A DNA stretch of 64,000 nt from an uncultured SAR86 cluster bacterium (GTDB lineage Bacteria > Pseudomonadota > Gammaproteobacteria > Magnimaribacterales > D2472): NCBI GenBank assembly GCA_902559345.1, contig CACEHH010000003.1, forward strand, positions 1,316 through 65,315, written 5' to 3'. The position numbers and the translations under genes were made by a program. The notes under the pieces are model-generated. The model ran no database searches, was not told where the DNA came from, and saw only the letters and a program-made list of their open reading frames with translations. Positions 34,357 through 44,270 of this stretch are shown here, piece after piece (position 1 is the first letter of the stretch; each line of letters opens with the position of its first letter).

Positions 34357-35229
34357 ATGAATAATGCATTATTAATAATTCTTATTACTTTTTGGAGAGC
34401 AATAATTCTTCTTCCAAGAAGCTTACAGCTAATATTGTCATCATTTGTTGGGTTTTTGCTATATTTAATTCCTCTTAAAAGAAATAAATTTAGCAAAATA
34501 AATATTGACCTGTGTTTTCCAAATATGAGTACAAATGAACTGCAAGAAATATACAAAAGAAATGTAATCTTATCTGGAAAAATTTTTTTTGATACTGGAA
34601 TAGCATGGTTTTGGTCAAACAAAAGAATAAATAAAAATATTTCTTATAAAATAAATGGATTAAATAAATTAATTAAAATACAGCAATCAGGCCAAGGGGT
34701 TCTTTTATTTTTTAAACATTCATTACATTTAGAACTTGATACAAGGGTACTTGGAATGCATGCTGAAATATATGGTGTTGAAAGAGAGCATAATTCTAAA
34801 TACTTTCAATCCATTCAAAGAAAAGGCAGATTAAAAGGTATGTGTGATGTTGTAGATAGGAACAATACTATTAGATTTATAAAATGGCTTAAAGAAGGTA
34901 AGACTGTTCTTTATGCGCCTGATCAAGATTATGGAATGAAAAAATCAAATGAAATAAAATTCTTTAATCAGCCGGCAGCAACAGTTTCTGCTCCATCTAA
35001 AATAGTTAAAAAAACATCCTGCAAAACTTTTTTCTTAAATAGCTATCTTAATAAAAATCAATTAATTATTAATATTGAAGAATTAACTTTAAATCATTTG
35101 GATGAATTCAACTTTTCAGAAAATTTGAACATGTATATTGAAGAAAAAATTAAAGAAAATCCTTCTGAGTATCTTTGGCAACACAGAAGGTTTAAGTCCA
35201 CCCTAGGCAAACAAAATTTATATAAATGA
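34357..35229 (+). CDS. lpxL: Lipid A biosynthesis (Kdo)2-lipid IVA late acyltransferase (LpxL/HtrB family)
   Basis: 290 aa. NIDLCFPNMSTNE, HSLHLELD (HX4D/E-type dyad), YAPDQDYG, and YLWQHRRFKS. Confidence 0.85.
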   Translation: MNNALLIILITFWRAIILLPRSLQLILSSFVGFLLYLIPLKRNKFSKINIDLCFPNMSTNELQEIYKRNVILSGKIFFDTGIAWFWSNKRINKNISYKINGLNKLIKIQQSGQGVLLFFKHSLHLELDTRVLGMHAEIYGVEREHNSKYFQSIQRKGRLKGMCDVVDRNNTIRFIKWLKEGKTVLYAPDQDYGMKKSNEIKFFNQPAATVSAPSKIVKKTSCKTFFLNSYLNKNQLIINIEELTLNHLDEFNFSENLNMYIEEKIKENPSEYLWQHRRFKSTLGKQNLYK

Positions 35230-35828
35230 AGATTCGGGAAATTGAAGAAGTTAAAGGCTTTATGCCAAAGCATGAAGGTGAAGCGCTTTTAAATTGGGCT
35301 AAAATTTTTTCAAATATTGGACCTATTTTAGAAGTTGGTACATATTGCGGAAAATCAACTTTATATTTAGCCAAAGGGGCAGCAACTAATAATCAATATG
35401 TGTTCACAATTGATCATCATTCAGGTTCTGAAGAGCATCAATTGAATGAAGAATATTTTGATAATGAAATATATGATTACTCTAAAAATAGAGTAAACAC
35501 ATTTCCTCTATTTATTAAAAATGTAAATAAATTTAAGGCAAATAATATTGTTCCAATTATCTCTGAATCATCAGAAATTGCATCAGAATGGTCATCTAAT
35601 TTGGGCATGGTATTTATAGATGGAGGTCACTCTATTGAGTCTGCATATAACGACTACAATTCATGGGAACCTAAAATATTAACTGGGGGATCATTAGTTA
35701 TACATGATATTTTTGAAAATCCTGATGAAGGAGGTCAGGCACCATATGAAATATATAAAAAAGCTCTTAAAAATAACTATGATTTATATGAAAGAGTCGA
35801 CACTATTGCTTGCTTAATAAAGAATTGA
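35226..35828 (+). CDS. Class I SAM-dependent methyltransferase (small O-methyltransferase-like family)
   Basis: 200 aa. ILEVGTYCGKSTLYLAKG (SAM motif I) and VFIDGGHS...GGSLVIHDI. The start overlaps the lpxL stop (ATGA), suggesting translational coupling. Confidence 0.65.
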   Translation: MKIREIEEVKGFMPKHEGEALLNWAKIFSNIGPILEVGTYCGKSTLYLAKGAATNNQYVFTIDHHSGSEEHQLNEEYFDNEIYDYSKNRVNTFPLFIKNVNKFKANNIVPIISESSEIASEWSSNLGMVFIDGGHSIESAYNDYNSWEPKILTGGSLVIHDIFENPDEGGQAPYEIYKKALKNNYDLYERVDTIACLIKN

Positions 35829-36863
35829 TTGATCCTTAATGAATAAATCTGATGCATCTGAATAATCAAACACGGTGTCAGCAGCAATTATCAATGCAGC
35901 TGAAGTCCAACTTGGTTTTTCTTCTGGCCAAAAAATATTTTCTTCATATTGCCATCCCATATACGGAATTCCATTTTGATCAGAAATATTCAACACATCA
36001 GAAAGCAATTTTCTGGCATCTTTATAATTACCAACAATTGCTAAAGAAATTATAAATTCACTCGTTTCGGCAACAGTAATCCAAGGTTCTTCAATAACAC
36101 ATTTAATACCAATGTCTTTTATATAAAAATTGTTGAAGACTTTCTCAATATAAAAAGATTTTTCATTATTATTTAAACATCCAGAAATAATCGGATAATA
36201 CCAATCCATTGAAAATCTTTTTCTATCTTTCAATAAATCAAATTTCCCTATAGGATTTTTTATAGCATTGGATAAAAGCTCATAACATTTAAGCCATTTT
36301 TTAATATTTTTTTGTTTATCAAGTATTCTTGAAATAGCAACACCACATTCGATGCTTTTTAGAATAGATGAAGATCCTGTAAGCAAATAGTCTTCTTCTA
36401 ACATCCCTTCTGAATCAATTGACCAAGGTATTGCCCCGTTAGATATTTGCAGCTTAGTTGTAAAATTAATTGCAGATTCAATAGTAGGCCATAATTTTTT
36501 TAAAAATTCTTTATCTAAAGAAATTTTATAAAAATGTAATGCAGCGACTGCAATATATGGAGCAAAATGTGTTGGTTTATTCTTTTCGAGTGGCTTTAAA
36601 TCATCATACTTAGCATACCAACTTCCATCTATATTTTGATTTTCAATTAACCACTGAAACGCTAATTTAGCTGATCCCATTTTGTTGGCAAAATTTAAAC
36701 CCATTATTGATTCAATATGATCCCATGGATCATGAGAACCATCTTCATTAGATGGAATTGCTCCAGATTGTAATTGGATTGACTCTATATATGCAGCTAT
36801 CTCAATAAAATACTCTTTATTATAAAAACAATCATCTTCAAATCTTTTTAAAGGCTTATGCAT
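35814..36863 (-). CDS. Hypothetical cytosolic protein, (alpha/alpha)-toroid-like (prenyltransferase / squalene-oxidase-repeat or glycoside-hydrolase-like fold)
   Basis: 349 aa with no signal peptide. It is W/Y-rich with repeat-like motifs (SIQLQSGAIPS, ENQNIDGSWY, KLQISNGAIPW, SDQNGIPYMGW) reminiscent of QxxDGG/SW terpenoid-cyclase/prenyltransferase repeats. It is the last gene of the GT4-MTase-toroid string. The fold call is tentative. Confidence 0.4.
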   Translation of the reverse strand: MHKPLKRFEDDCFYNKEYFIEIAAYIESIQLQSGAIPSNEDGSHDPWDHIESIMGLNFANKMGSAKLAFQWLIENQNIDGSWYAKYDDLKPLEKNKPTHFAPYIAVAALHFYKISLDKEFLKKLWPTIESAINFTTKLQISNGAIPWSIDSEGMLEEDYLLTGSSSILKSIECGVAISRILDKQKNIKKWLKCYELLSNAIKNPIGKFDLLKDRKRFSMDWYYPIISGCLNNNEKSFYIEKVFNNFYIKDIGIKCVIEEPWITVAETSEFIISLAIVGNYKDARKLLSDVLNISDQNGIPYMGWQYEENIFWPEEKPSWTSAALIIAADTVFDYSDASDLFIKDQSILY

Positions 36864-36865
36864 TT

Positions 36866-37570
36866 TTATATTTTTTCAAAATACATTGAAAAACTTTTTC
36901 CCATGATTGGATTTAAGGCTTTATCTAATAAATTAATAAAAAAAGGTTTTTTAAGAATATGTCTCTCAAGCATTCTCTTATAAAGATTGACTAAAAAATT
37001 TTTATCCTGCGTGTTCCAAAAAAAACACCTAAGCCACCAATAAGGACTATGAATTGAATGAAATTTCTCAGATGATAAAAACTTAAATCCAGATTCCTTT
37101 ATTTCTGAGATTAATCCTGATTGACTAAATATTCTAAGGTGCCCGCCTGGTTGGTTTTGATATTCTTTAGAAAGTTTCCAGCATATTTTTTCAGGCCATG
37201 TAGCAGGAACGCTTGCATAAAATTTACCGCCTGGCTTTAAAACTCTATGGATTTCTTTAACAGCATCATTATATTCGTGAAGATGTTCAAGCACTTCTGA
37301 ACATACTACTAGATCAATACTTTCGTCTGGGAATGGTAATGAATATGCAGAACCTTTTAAAAATTGAGCACCAGCCTTTGAAATCGACTTAAAGTATTCA
37401 TATCCCTCTTCAGCCTTTTCTAAAGATTCTTTATCCATATCTAATCCAATACATTTCATTAAAGGATAATCTTGCATAATTCCAAATATATGACGCCCTT
37501 CTCCACAGCCGACATCAAGCATTACGCCTTTTTGATTAAGTTCATGTTTTTTTAAATTAAAAGTTAACAT
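36866..37570 (-). CDS. Class I SAM-dependent methyltransferase (type 11)
   Basis: 234 aa. MLDVGCGEGRH (motif I), DLVVCSEVLEHL, and VLKPGGKFY. Confidence 0.8.
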   Translation of the reverse strand: MLTFNLKKHELNQKGVMLDVGCGEGRHIFGIMQDYPLMKCIGLDMDKESLEKAEEGYEYFKSISKAGAQFLKGSAYSLPFPDESIDLVVCSEVLEHLHEYNDAVKEIHRVLKPGGKFYASVPATWPEKICWKLSKEYQNQPGGHLRIFSQSGLISEIKESGFKFLSSEKFHSIHSPYWWLRCFFWNTQDKNFLVNLYKRMLERHILKKPFFINLLDKALNPIMGKSFSMYFEKI

Positions 37571-38810
37571 CGTTAAATTTTTCTATTGTTTTAAAAATAA
37601 TATTCTCATATTGTTTTGTAATTTTAGCCCAATTAAATCTTTCAATTATATGCTGTCTTCCATTTATGGCTATTTCTTTATATTTTTTATAATCCATTAT
37701 TATTTCTTTTACAGAATCAGATATCATTTTATGGTTCTGAGGATTAACTAGCGTAGCATAATCATTTACTAATTCAGGAATGGATGAAATATTCGTTGCA
37801 ATTAAAGGCACTTCACAACTCATAGCTTCTATAACTGGGTATCCAAAACCTTCATATAAAGAACTTACTATCGCTATTGAGCTTGTTGAATATAATTCTG
37901 TTATTTGCGCTTTTGTAATATTAGATTTAAAAAATACGCTGTCTTTTATATCAAGTTCATTGATTAATCTTTCAGTATGTCCATTTTCTTTAATTGAGCC
38001 AATTACTATTAAGTGCATCTTAGGGAAATCTGACTTTAAATCCTTCAGAGCTTTTAACGAATAATCTAATCCTTTCAATGGGACATCTGCGCTAGCTGTA
38101 GTGATTAATCTGTAGGGATTTCTTGTAGATTTTAAGATAGGCCTAAATTCATCAGTATCTAATCCATTATTAATAACAGTTATGTTTTTCTTGTTACACT
38201 GAAACTCTTTGATAATTCCATCTTTTGAGCTTTGTGAAGGTGAGATAATTCTATTGATTTTAGGAGCTACTTTTTTTTGCATCTTTAAGAAGGAATACCA
38301 CCTATATCTTGAAAATTTATACTTTATCTTTTTAGATGATGCTAGTTCATACTTATAATCAAAAGTGATTGGGTGGTGAATAATCTCAATAAAAGGGAGT
38401 CTGTTCTGTATCTCAAGCATTCCATAACTTAAAGATTGATTGTCTATAACTAAATCATAATCATTATTATTTTTTAGAAAATCGTTGGCTCTATCTCCAA
38501 AAGTTTTCATTTCTGGAAAGCCACCAAATAAAACTGAGAAAAATTCATAATAATCGTTAATATTTTTTTGTTTTTTATTAAATAATTTTTTAATCCTATC
38601 TTTAAATGAGAATGTTTCGAATAAATTTAATCCTGGTAATTTTATTAAATTAATTCCCTCATGAAGATCGGGATATGGAGGTCCAGAAATAACATCCACG
38701 TTATGGCCAATCAAGGTCAAGGCTAAAGAAATATCTTTTACATAAACGCCCTGTCCTCCACCAAATTTAGCGCTTCTATAACTAAGGATTGCTATATTTA
38801 ATTTTTGCAA
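37557..38810 (-). CDS. Glycosyltransferase family 4 (GT-B, group 1)
   Basis: 417 aa. The C-terminal EX7E-type region is SLYEGFGYPVIEAMSCEVPLIATNISSIPELV. GGQGVYV is present near the N-terminus. Confidence 0.88.
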   Translation of the reverse strand: MQKLNIAILSYRSAKFGGGQGVYVKDISLALTLIGHNVDVISGPPYPDLHEGINLIKLPGLNLFETFSFKDRIKKLFNKKQKNINDYYEFFSVLFGGFPEMKTFGDRANDFLKNNNDYDLVIDNQSLSYGMLEIQNRLPFIEIIHHPITFDYKYELASSKKIKYKFSRYRWYSFLKMQKKVAPKINRIISPSQSSKDGIIKEFQCNKKNITVINNGLDTDEFRPILKSTRNPYRLITTASADVPLKGLDYSLKALKDLKSDFPKMHLIVIGSIKENGHTERLINELDIKDSVFFKSNITKAQITELYSTSSIAIVSSLYEGFGYPVIEAMSCEVPLIATNISSIPELVNDYATLVNPQNHKMISDSVKEIIMDYKKYKEIAINGRQHIIERFNWAKITKQYENIIFKTIEKFNDVNF

Positions 38811-38816
38811 AAGTTA

Positions 38817-39737
38817 TTATTTTGTGTAGGTTAACCAGTTTTCGTATAAAGAATTTTTACCAGAAATAATTTCTTGGAATTTATTTTGAAGCTTGTATGT
38901 AACCTCACCTCTTTTACCATCATTTATAGGTTTATTATCAAGTTTTGTTATTGGCGTTATTTCAACAGCTGTACCTGTAAAAAATGCTTCTTCAGCATTG
39001 ATTAGATCTTCATAACGAATATTTTCTTCTTGAACTTCAAAATCAAGATCTTTTGCAATCTGAATTACTGATTGACGCGTTATTCCATTTAAGCAATGAG
39101 CTTTAGTTGGGGTAGAAATTATATTATTTTTAACAATAAAAATGTTCTCTCCACTTCCCTCAGATATAAAGCCATCCTTATCCATCATAATAGCTTCATC
39201 GGCTCCACTTTCAAGCGCCTCATGAAGGGCCATAGTATTACTAAAATATGTTCCAATAATTTTATTTCCTGAATGCAAAGGATTATCATATTGTCTATGA
39301 GAAGATTTTATAACTGAAATACCATCATTCTTAGCTTTGGGATCCATATATGAAGGCCACTCCCAAGCCGCAATTGCAACATTTACACTCAAATCTTTTG
39401 CACGCAAGCCAAGACCTTCATTTCCAAGATATACAATAGGTCTTATATACCCCTGATCAAGATTATTTTTATTTAAAATTTCAAGCTGAGTATTATTTAA
39501 TTCATCATTTGAAAAAGGTATTTTGATATTTATTTTTTCTGCAGCTTCAAAAAGCCTATTAGTATGATCTTGAAGCCTAAATATTGCTGCTCCTTTTGCA
39601 GTCTTATATGCCCTTACACCCTCAAATACTCCAGTGCCATAATGCAAAGTATGAGAAAGAATATGAACATTTGAATCATTCCATTTTTCAAATGATCCAT
39701 TTTTCCATATTAATTTATTATCAGTATCTACAAACAC
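38817..39737 (-). CDS. ilvE: Branched-chain-amino-acid aminotransferase
   Basis: 306 aa. LHYGTGVFEGVRAY, FRLQDHTNRL, EGSGENIF, and GITR. Confidence 0.93.
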   Translation of the reverse strand: MFVDTDNKLIWKNGSFEKWNDSNVHILSHTLHYGTGVFEGVRAYKTAKGAAIFRLQDHTNRLFEAAEKINIKIPFSNDELNNTQLEILNKNNLDQGYIRPIVYLGNEGLGLRAKDLSVNVAIAAWEWPSYMDPKAKNDGISVIKSSHRQYDNPLHSGNKIIGTYFSNTMALHEALESGADEAIMMDKDGFISEGSGENIFIVKNNIISTPTKAHCLNGITRQSVIQIAKDLDFEVQEENIRYEDLINAEEAFFTGTAVEITPITKLDNKPINDGKRGEVTYKLQNKFQEIISGKNSLYENWLTYTK

Positions 39738-39799
39738 ATTTCAAGATATAATTAAGCATAGGTATTATTGCAAAATCATACATATAAAAAAAGAAAAAT

Positions 39800-41170
39800 A
39801 TGGAAATAACAAAATCGATTTTTAGGGAATATGACATTAGAGGCATATACCCAAAACAAATTAATGAAAGCGTTATTGAACAAATTGCAAAAGCTATATC
39901 AATAAAGTGCGATAATGAAAAAGTCTCAGAAATCTGCATAGGAAGAGATGGCAGGCTATCAGGCAAAAGCTTAATTGACTCTTTATCAACCTCTTTATCA
40001 CAATATGGTCTTAATGTTATTAACATAGGTCTTGTAACCACGCCCTTGTTGTATTTTGCAGCAAAAAAGAATGCTTATAAGAGTGGTGTAATGATTACAG
40101 GCAGCCATAATCCAAAAGAATATAATGGAGTTAAGCTTGTTATTAATGACAACCCTGTATCGGGAAATGAGATCTTAAAGCTTATCAAAAAAGATAAATC
40201 AAAAGCTAAAGATGCAGGCGAAATCATTCATATAGATATAAAAGAAAAGTATCTTCAAGAAGTAAAAGAAAATATTAAACTAAATTTAAATGAAAAGATT
40301 AAGGTCGTGATTGATTGTGGCAATGGTGCTGCTGGCTGCATTGCACCTCAATTATTTAATAGTATAGGTTGTGAGGTGGTTGAGCTTTTTAGTGAGGTAG
40401 ATGGCAATTTCCCTAATCATCACCCTGATCCTGGGAATATCGAGAATCTAAATGATCTAATTTTAAAGGTGAAAGAAACTAATGCTGATTTAGGCTTAGC
40501 TTTTGATGGCGATGGTGACAGAATTGGTCTAGTAACAGATCAAGGAGAGATAGTATTTCCTGATAAAATCATGATGATTTTAAGTGAAGATATACTATCT
40601 TCTAATAAAGGATCAGTAATTTTTGATGTGAAGTGCTCAAATGCTCTTAGTAATATAATTTCTGAACTAGGCGGTAATCCAATAATGTTCCCAACAGGGC
40701 ATTTCCATATTAAGAATGGAATAAAGAAACATAACCCGTTGCTTGCAGGAGAAATGAGTGGTCATATTTTCTTTAATGATAAATGGTATGGCTTTGATGA
40801 TGGTCATTATTCAGGAGCAAGAATAATTGAAATTATTTCAAATAAAGGTAAAAGTATTTCTTCAATTAATAATGAATTTCCGCAACTCTTCTCAACCCCT
40901 GAGTTGAATATAAATGTTACAGATGAATCAAAATTCAATATAGTAAAAGAATTCTCAGAAAAATGTAGTCTAAAGGGTGATAAAGTTACTATTGATGGCT
41001 TAAGAATAAATTTTAAAAATGGGTGGGGTTTATTAAGGGCTTCTAATACAACTCCTAAATTGGTTCTTCGGTTTGAAGGGAACTCTCCTTATGATCTTGA
41101 TGAGATTAAAAATGGATTTATAAATGAACTTTCTCGCATTTGTCCTGATATTGATATAAATTTAGATTAA
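39800..41170 (+). CDS. algC: Phosphomannomutase / phosphoglucomutase
   Basis: 456 aa. Active-site Ser loop TGSHNPKEYNGVK, metal loop FDGDGDR, and GEMSGH. Size and context (next to slmA) resemble AlgC/ManB. Confidence 0.88.
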   Translation: MEITKSIFREYDIRGIYPKQINESVIEQIAKAISIKCDNEKVSEICIGRDGRLSGKSLIDSLSTSLSQYGLNVINIGLVTTPLLYFAAKKNAYKSGVMITGSHNPKEYNGVKLVINDNPVSGNEILKLIKKDKSKAKDAGEIIHIDIKEKYLQEVKENIKLNLNEKIKVVIDCGNGAAGCIAPQLFNSIGCEVVELFSEVDGNFPNHHPDPGNIENLNDLILKVKETNADLGLAFDGDGDRIGLVTDQGEIVFPDKIMMILSEDILSSNKGSVIFDVKCSNALSNIISELGGNPIMFPTGHFHIKNGIKKHNPLLAGEMSGHIFFNDKWYGFDDGHYSGARIIEIISNKGKSISSINNEFPQLFSTPELNINVTDESKFNIVKEFSEKCSLKGDKVTIDGLRINFKNGWGLLRASNTTPKLVLRFEGNSPYDLDEIKNGFINELSRICPDIDINLD

Positions 41171-41173
41171 GAG

Positions 41174-41743
41174 ATGAAAAAAGATAGAAAAAATATTATT
41201 CTTCAGTCCTTGGCAAGCATGCTTGAGGAAAGGAATCTTTCTAAGATAACCACTGCTTTGCTAGCAAAAAAATCAAATATTACTGAAGCTGCATTGTATA
41301 GACACTTTCCTAGTAAAAGATCTATATATGCTGAATTATTTTTATTTTGTGATAATGCGATCTTTGCAAAATGCAATGAACTCAAAAAAAGTGATCTATC
41401 TTCAAAAGATAAAGCAAAGAGTGCATTCATTTTTTTCATGATTTTCATTGAAAAAAACAAGGGATTTGCTAGATTGCTATCAAGAGAAGCTCTTTCATCA
41501 AACGAACAAAATGTAGCTGATGATGTAAATAAATTTTATGAAAGATTTGAACTAATACTTAGACAAATGTTAAAAGAAGATAGTGCAAATCTGAATGCGC
41601 AACCAGGAATATCTGCTCAACTTATTGTTTCGTCAATAGAAGGTAGTATTGGCAGATATATAAGGTCTAAATTTAAAGACTCTCCATCAATTTATATTGA
41701 AAATGTTTGGGAGCTTTTATCATTAAGTATTTTTAAAAACTAA
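41174..41743 (+). CDS. slmA: Nucleoid occlusion factor SlmA (TetR family)
   Basis: 189 aa. [36 protein letters not shown] and the C-terminal [22 protein letters not shown] are collinear with E. coli SlmA ([36 protein letters not shown] ... FCEGMLSRFVRSEFKYRP). Confidence 0.75.
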   Translation: [189 protein letters not shown]

Positions 41744-44169
41744 TTTATATTTTCTTGAAGAAATAGCTCGAAGTAAAAATTTTCTTTTGATTCTGTATCT
41801 ATTTCACCAGTTGATTTATTAACTCTAACAAATGATATATTTTCTGGAATTGGGTCTTGAGAAACTTCCAATGTATCTAATTTGTAATCCATATAATTAA
41901 GCCATATCGGTAAAGCAATTGTTGAGCCATATTCATTTTCACCCAATGAAGTAAAATCATCTGTTCCAACCCACACAGTTGTTACAAGTTCATTGTGGAA
42001 TCCAGAAAACCATGTGCTAATAGAATTATTGGTAGTGCCTGTTTTGCCTCCAATGTCTTCTCTTTTAAGAAATGCAGACTGTCTTCCAGCAACACCACTA
42101 TTTAAAAAACCTTTTAAAACATCTTTTGTTAAAAATGCAACTCTTTCATCAATTACCTTCTCATCTATATTTAATGGTTCTAAAATATAATATGGTCTTT
42201 TAACATTCATTTCCATGGTGTTTAACCACGGAAAAGCATTTATCTGTTTTGGTATATTGAAGTCATTATTTGAGAAAATAACATTACCAAATCTATCAAC
42301 AATACTATCAATAAAATAAATATCAGGAATGTGGCCATTATTTGCAATAACGCTATAAGCCCTTGCCATTTCAGCTGGAGAAAAATTTCCTGAACCTAGT
42401 GCTAATGATAGATCGTTTGGCAGTCTTGATTTTTCAAATCCAAAGTTCTCTAAATAATTATGAGTATTATTAATACCTAATTCTCTTAATAACTTAATAG
42501 AGACAATATTTACAGATTTTGTTAAAGCTTCTCTTAATGACAGAGGTCCATAAAACTCTCCAGTGTAATTCTGAGGCCGCCATGCACTTTCTAGGTTTTG
42601 ATCTTCAAAAACAATAGGCGCATCGTTAATTAAAGACGATAAATTATATCCATTATTAAGGCCTGCACTATATATAAAAGGTTTAAAGCTAGATCCTGAT
42701 TGAGGATATGAAAGTCTAACTCTATCAAAACTACTTTCATTAAAATTCTTTCCTCCCACGTAGGCAATAACTTCTCCTGATTTAGGGTTTATTGAAATTA
42801 AAGAAGATTCAGCAATAGGAATTTGATCAAGACTTAAAAAATCTTCATTATTTTTTAAATATACAAGGTCACCAAAGTTTATAATATCTCTAAAATTATT
42901 GGGTTTATTACTATAGTTATTGATTGAAATCCTCTTTCTTGCCCAGTTATATTCATTGTTCCAAACAACCCTGTTGATTTGAAAGTCTTCGTCAATAACA
43001 AAAAACTCTTCGCTATCAACCCTTACAACCAAAGCTTTGGTAAAGCCTTTATAATATGAATGATCATCAAATATATCTGTTATTTGGTTTGAAATATTTT
43101 CTTCATAAAAATCATCATTATTTACATAATTTTCATAGATTAAAAAATCTAAATTTAAGTTACTAAGCTTATCTCTCTGGTCATTTGTAAAAAGATTTCC
43201 ATAATTTTTTGCTTCTCTCCAACCATGCCTCTTGTCATAGTTAAACAACTCTTTCATCATGCTTTCTTTAGCAATCCTTTGTGAACTTGAATCAATAGTT
43301 GTAATTACTGACCAGCCCTCTTTATAGGCTCTTAGTCCATATCTAGTTATAATTTCTTGTCTTACAAGTTCAGCGATATGGCTTGCATCTACTTCATATA
43401 AATTTATATTTTTGGCTACCTTTAAATCTTCAGATATAGCTTTTTTATATTCAACTGAATCAATATAATTTAATAAAAACATCCGAGATAGGATCCAATC
43501 TCTTCTTTGCTTTGTTCTCCTTGGATCTTTTATAGGATTAACTCTCGATGGAAGTTGTGCAAGTGCAGCTATAGTTGCAGACTCACTTATGCTTAGATCA
43601 TTTAATCCTTTGTCAAAATATGTATTTGCTGCTGCTTCAATGCCATACGACCTGTTGCCAAGAAAAATCCTATTTACATATAACTCAAAAATTTCTTCTT
43701 TACTAATAGTTCCTTCTAACTCTAGTGCTAAAAAAATTTCTTTTAATTTTCTAATAACGGTTTGGTCTCTGGTTAGAAGATATCCACGAACAACCTGCAT
43801 AGTGATTGTTCCTCCACCCCCCTCACAGCCTGTTGCTCTAAGGCATCTAATAAAAGACCTAATTAATCCTGTATAACTAATTCCTTGATGATTAAAAAAA
43901 TTATCATCCTCTGCAGCAAGGAAAGCATTCTTTATATTTTCTGGGATATTTTGGTAATCGGTGGTTCTTCTCTTTATTTCTCCAAATTCACCTATTAAAA
44001 CTCCGTCTTTTGTATAAACCTTTAAAGGCATTTGTAGTTCAGACTCATCAACTAGGTTGATTTCTGGAAGATCTGGTTTCAATACAATATAGGTAGCTAT
44101 AATTAAAGTTATTGCTACCAAGCAAAGAAAAACTCCTGAAAAAAAGGAAATTCTTACTAGTCTATGCAT
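41740..44169 (-). CDS. mrcA: Penicillin-binding protein 1A (bifunctional glycosyltransferase/transpeptidase)
   Basis: 809 aa. GT51 motifs AAEDDNFFNHQGI and GGGTITMQV. Transpeptidase motifs SSFKP, SVN and KTGTTN. Confidence 0.95.
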   Translation of the reverse strand: MHRLVRISFFSGVFLCLVAITLIIATYIVLKPDLPEINLVDESELQMPLKVYTKDGVLIGEFGEIKRRTTDYQNIPENIKNAFLAAEDDNFFNHQGISYTGLIRSFIRCLRATGCEGGGGTITMQVVRGYLLTRDQTVIRKLKEIFLALELEGTISKEEIFELYVNRIFLGNRSYGIEAAANTYFDKGLNDLSISESATIAALAQLPSRVNPIKDPRRTKQRRDWILSRMFLLNYIDSVEYKKAISEDLKVAKNINLYEVDASHIAELVRQEIITRYGLRAYKEGWSVITTIDSSSQRIAKESMMKELFNYDKRHGWREAKNYGNLFTNDQRDKLSNLNLDFLIYENYVNNDDFYEENISNQITDIFDDHSYYKGFTKALVVRVDSEEFFVIDEDFQINRVVWNNEYNWARKRISINNYSNKPNNFRDIINFGDLVYLKNNEDFLSLDQIPIAESSLISINPKSGEVIAYVGGKNFNESSFDRVRLSYPQSGSSFKPFIYSAGLNNGYNLSSLINDAPIVFEDQNLESAWRPQNYTGEFYGPLSLREALTKSVNIVSIKLLRELGINNTHNYLENFGFEKSRLPNDLSLALGSGNFSPAEMARAYSVIANNGHIPDIYFIDSIVDRFGNVIFSNNDFNIPKQINAFPWLNTMEMNVKRPYYILEPLNIDEKVIDERVAFLTKDVLKGFLNSGVAGRQSAFLKREDIGGKTGTTNNSISTWFSGFHNELVTTVWVGTDDFTSLGENEYGSTIALPIWLNYMDYKLDTLEVSQDPIPENISFVRVNKSTGEIDTESKENFYFELFLQENIN

Positions 44170-44270
44170 AACTTATTTTAAATCTATAATCGTAGAGAAT
44201 ACATCATTTAGTATTTAAAAAGTGTATTTATTGACTGAGATGTTAAAATCTTCGCTTATTTAATGTAACT

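Noticed and set aside
34353-34622. 89-aa minus-strand ORF overlapping the lpxL 5' end.
   Set aside because: It is antisense to the conserved LpxL N-terminus (NIDLCFP motif region) and has no supporting features.
39721-40041. 106-aa ORF spanning the ilvE/algC divergent spacer and the 5' end of algC on the minus strand.
   Set aside because: It overlaps the strongly supported algC N-terminus and the ilvE start region, and its hydrophobic sequence has no recognisable family. The 62-bp spacer is better explained as a divergent promoter region.
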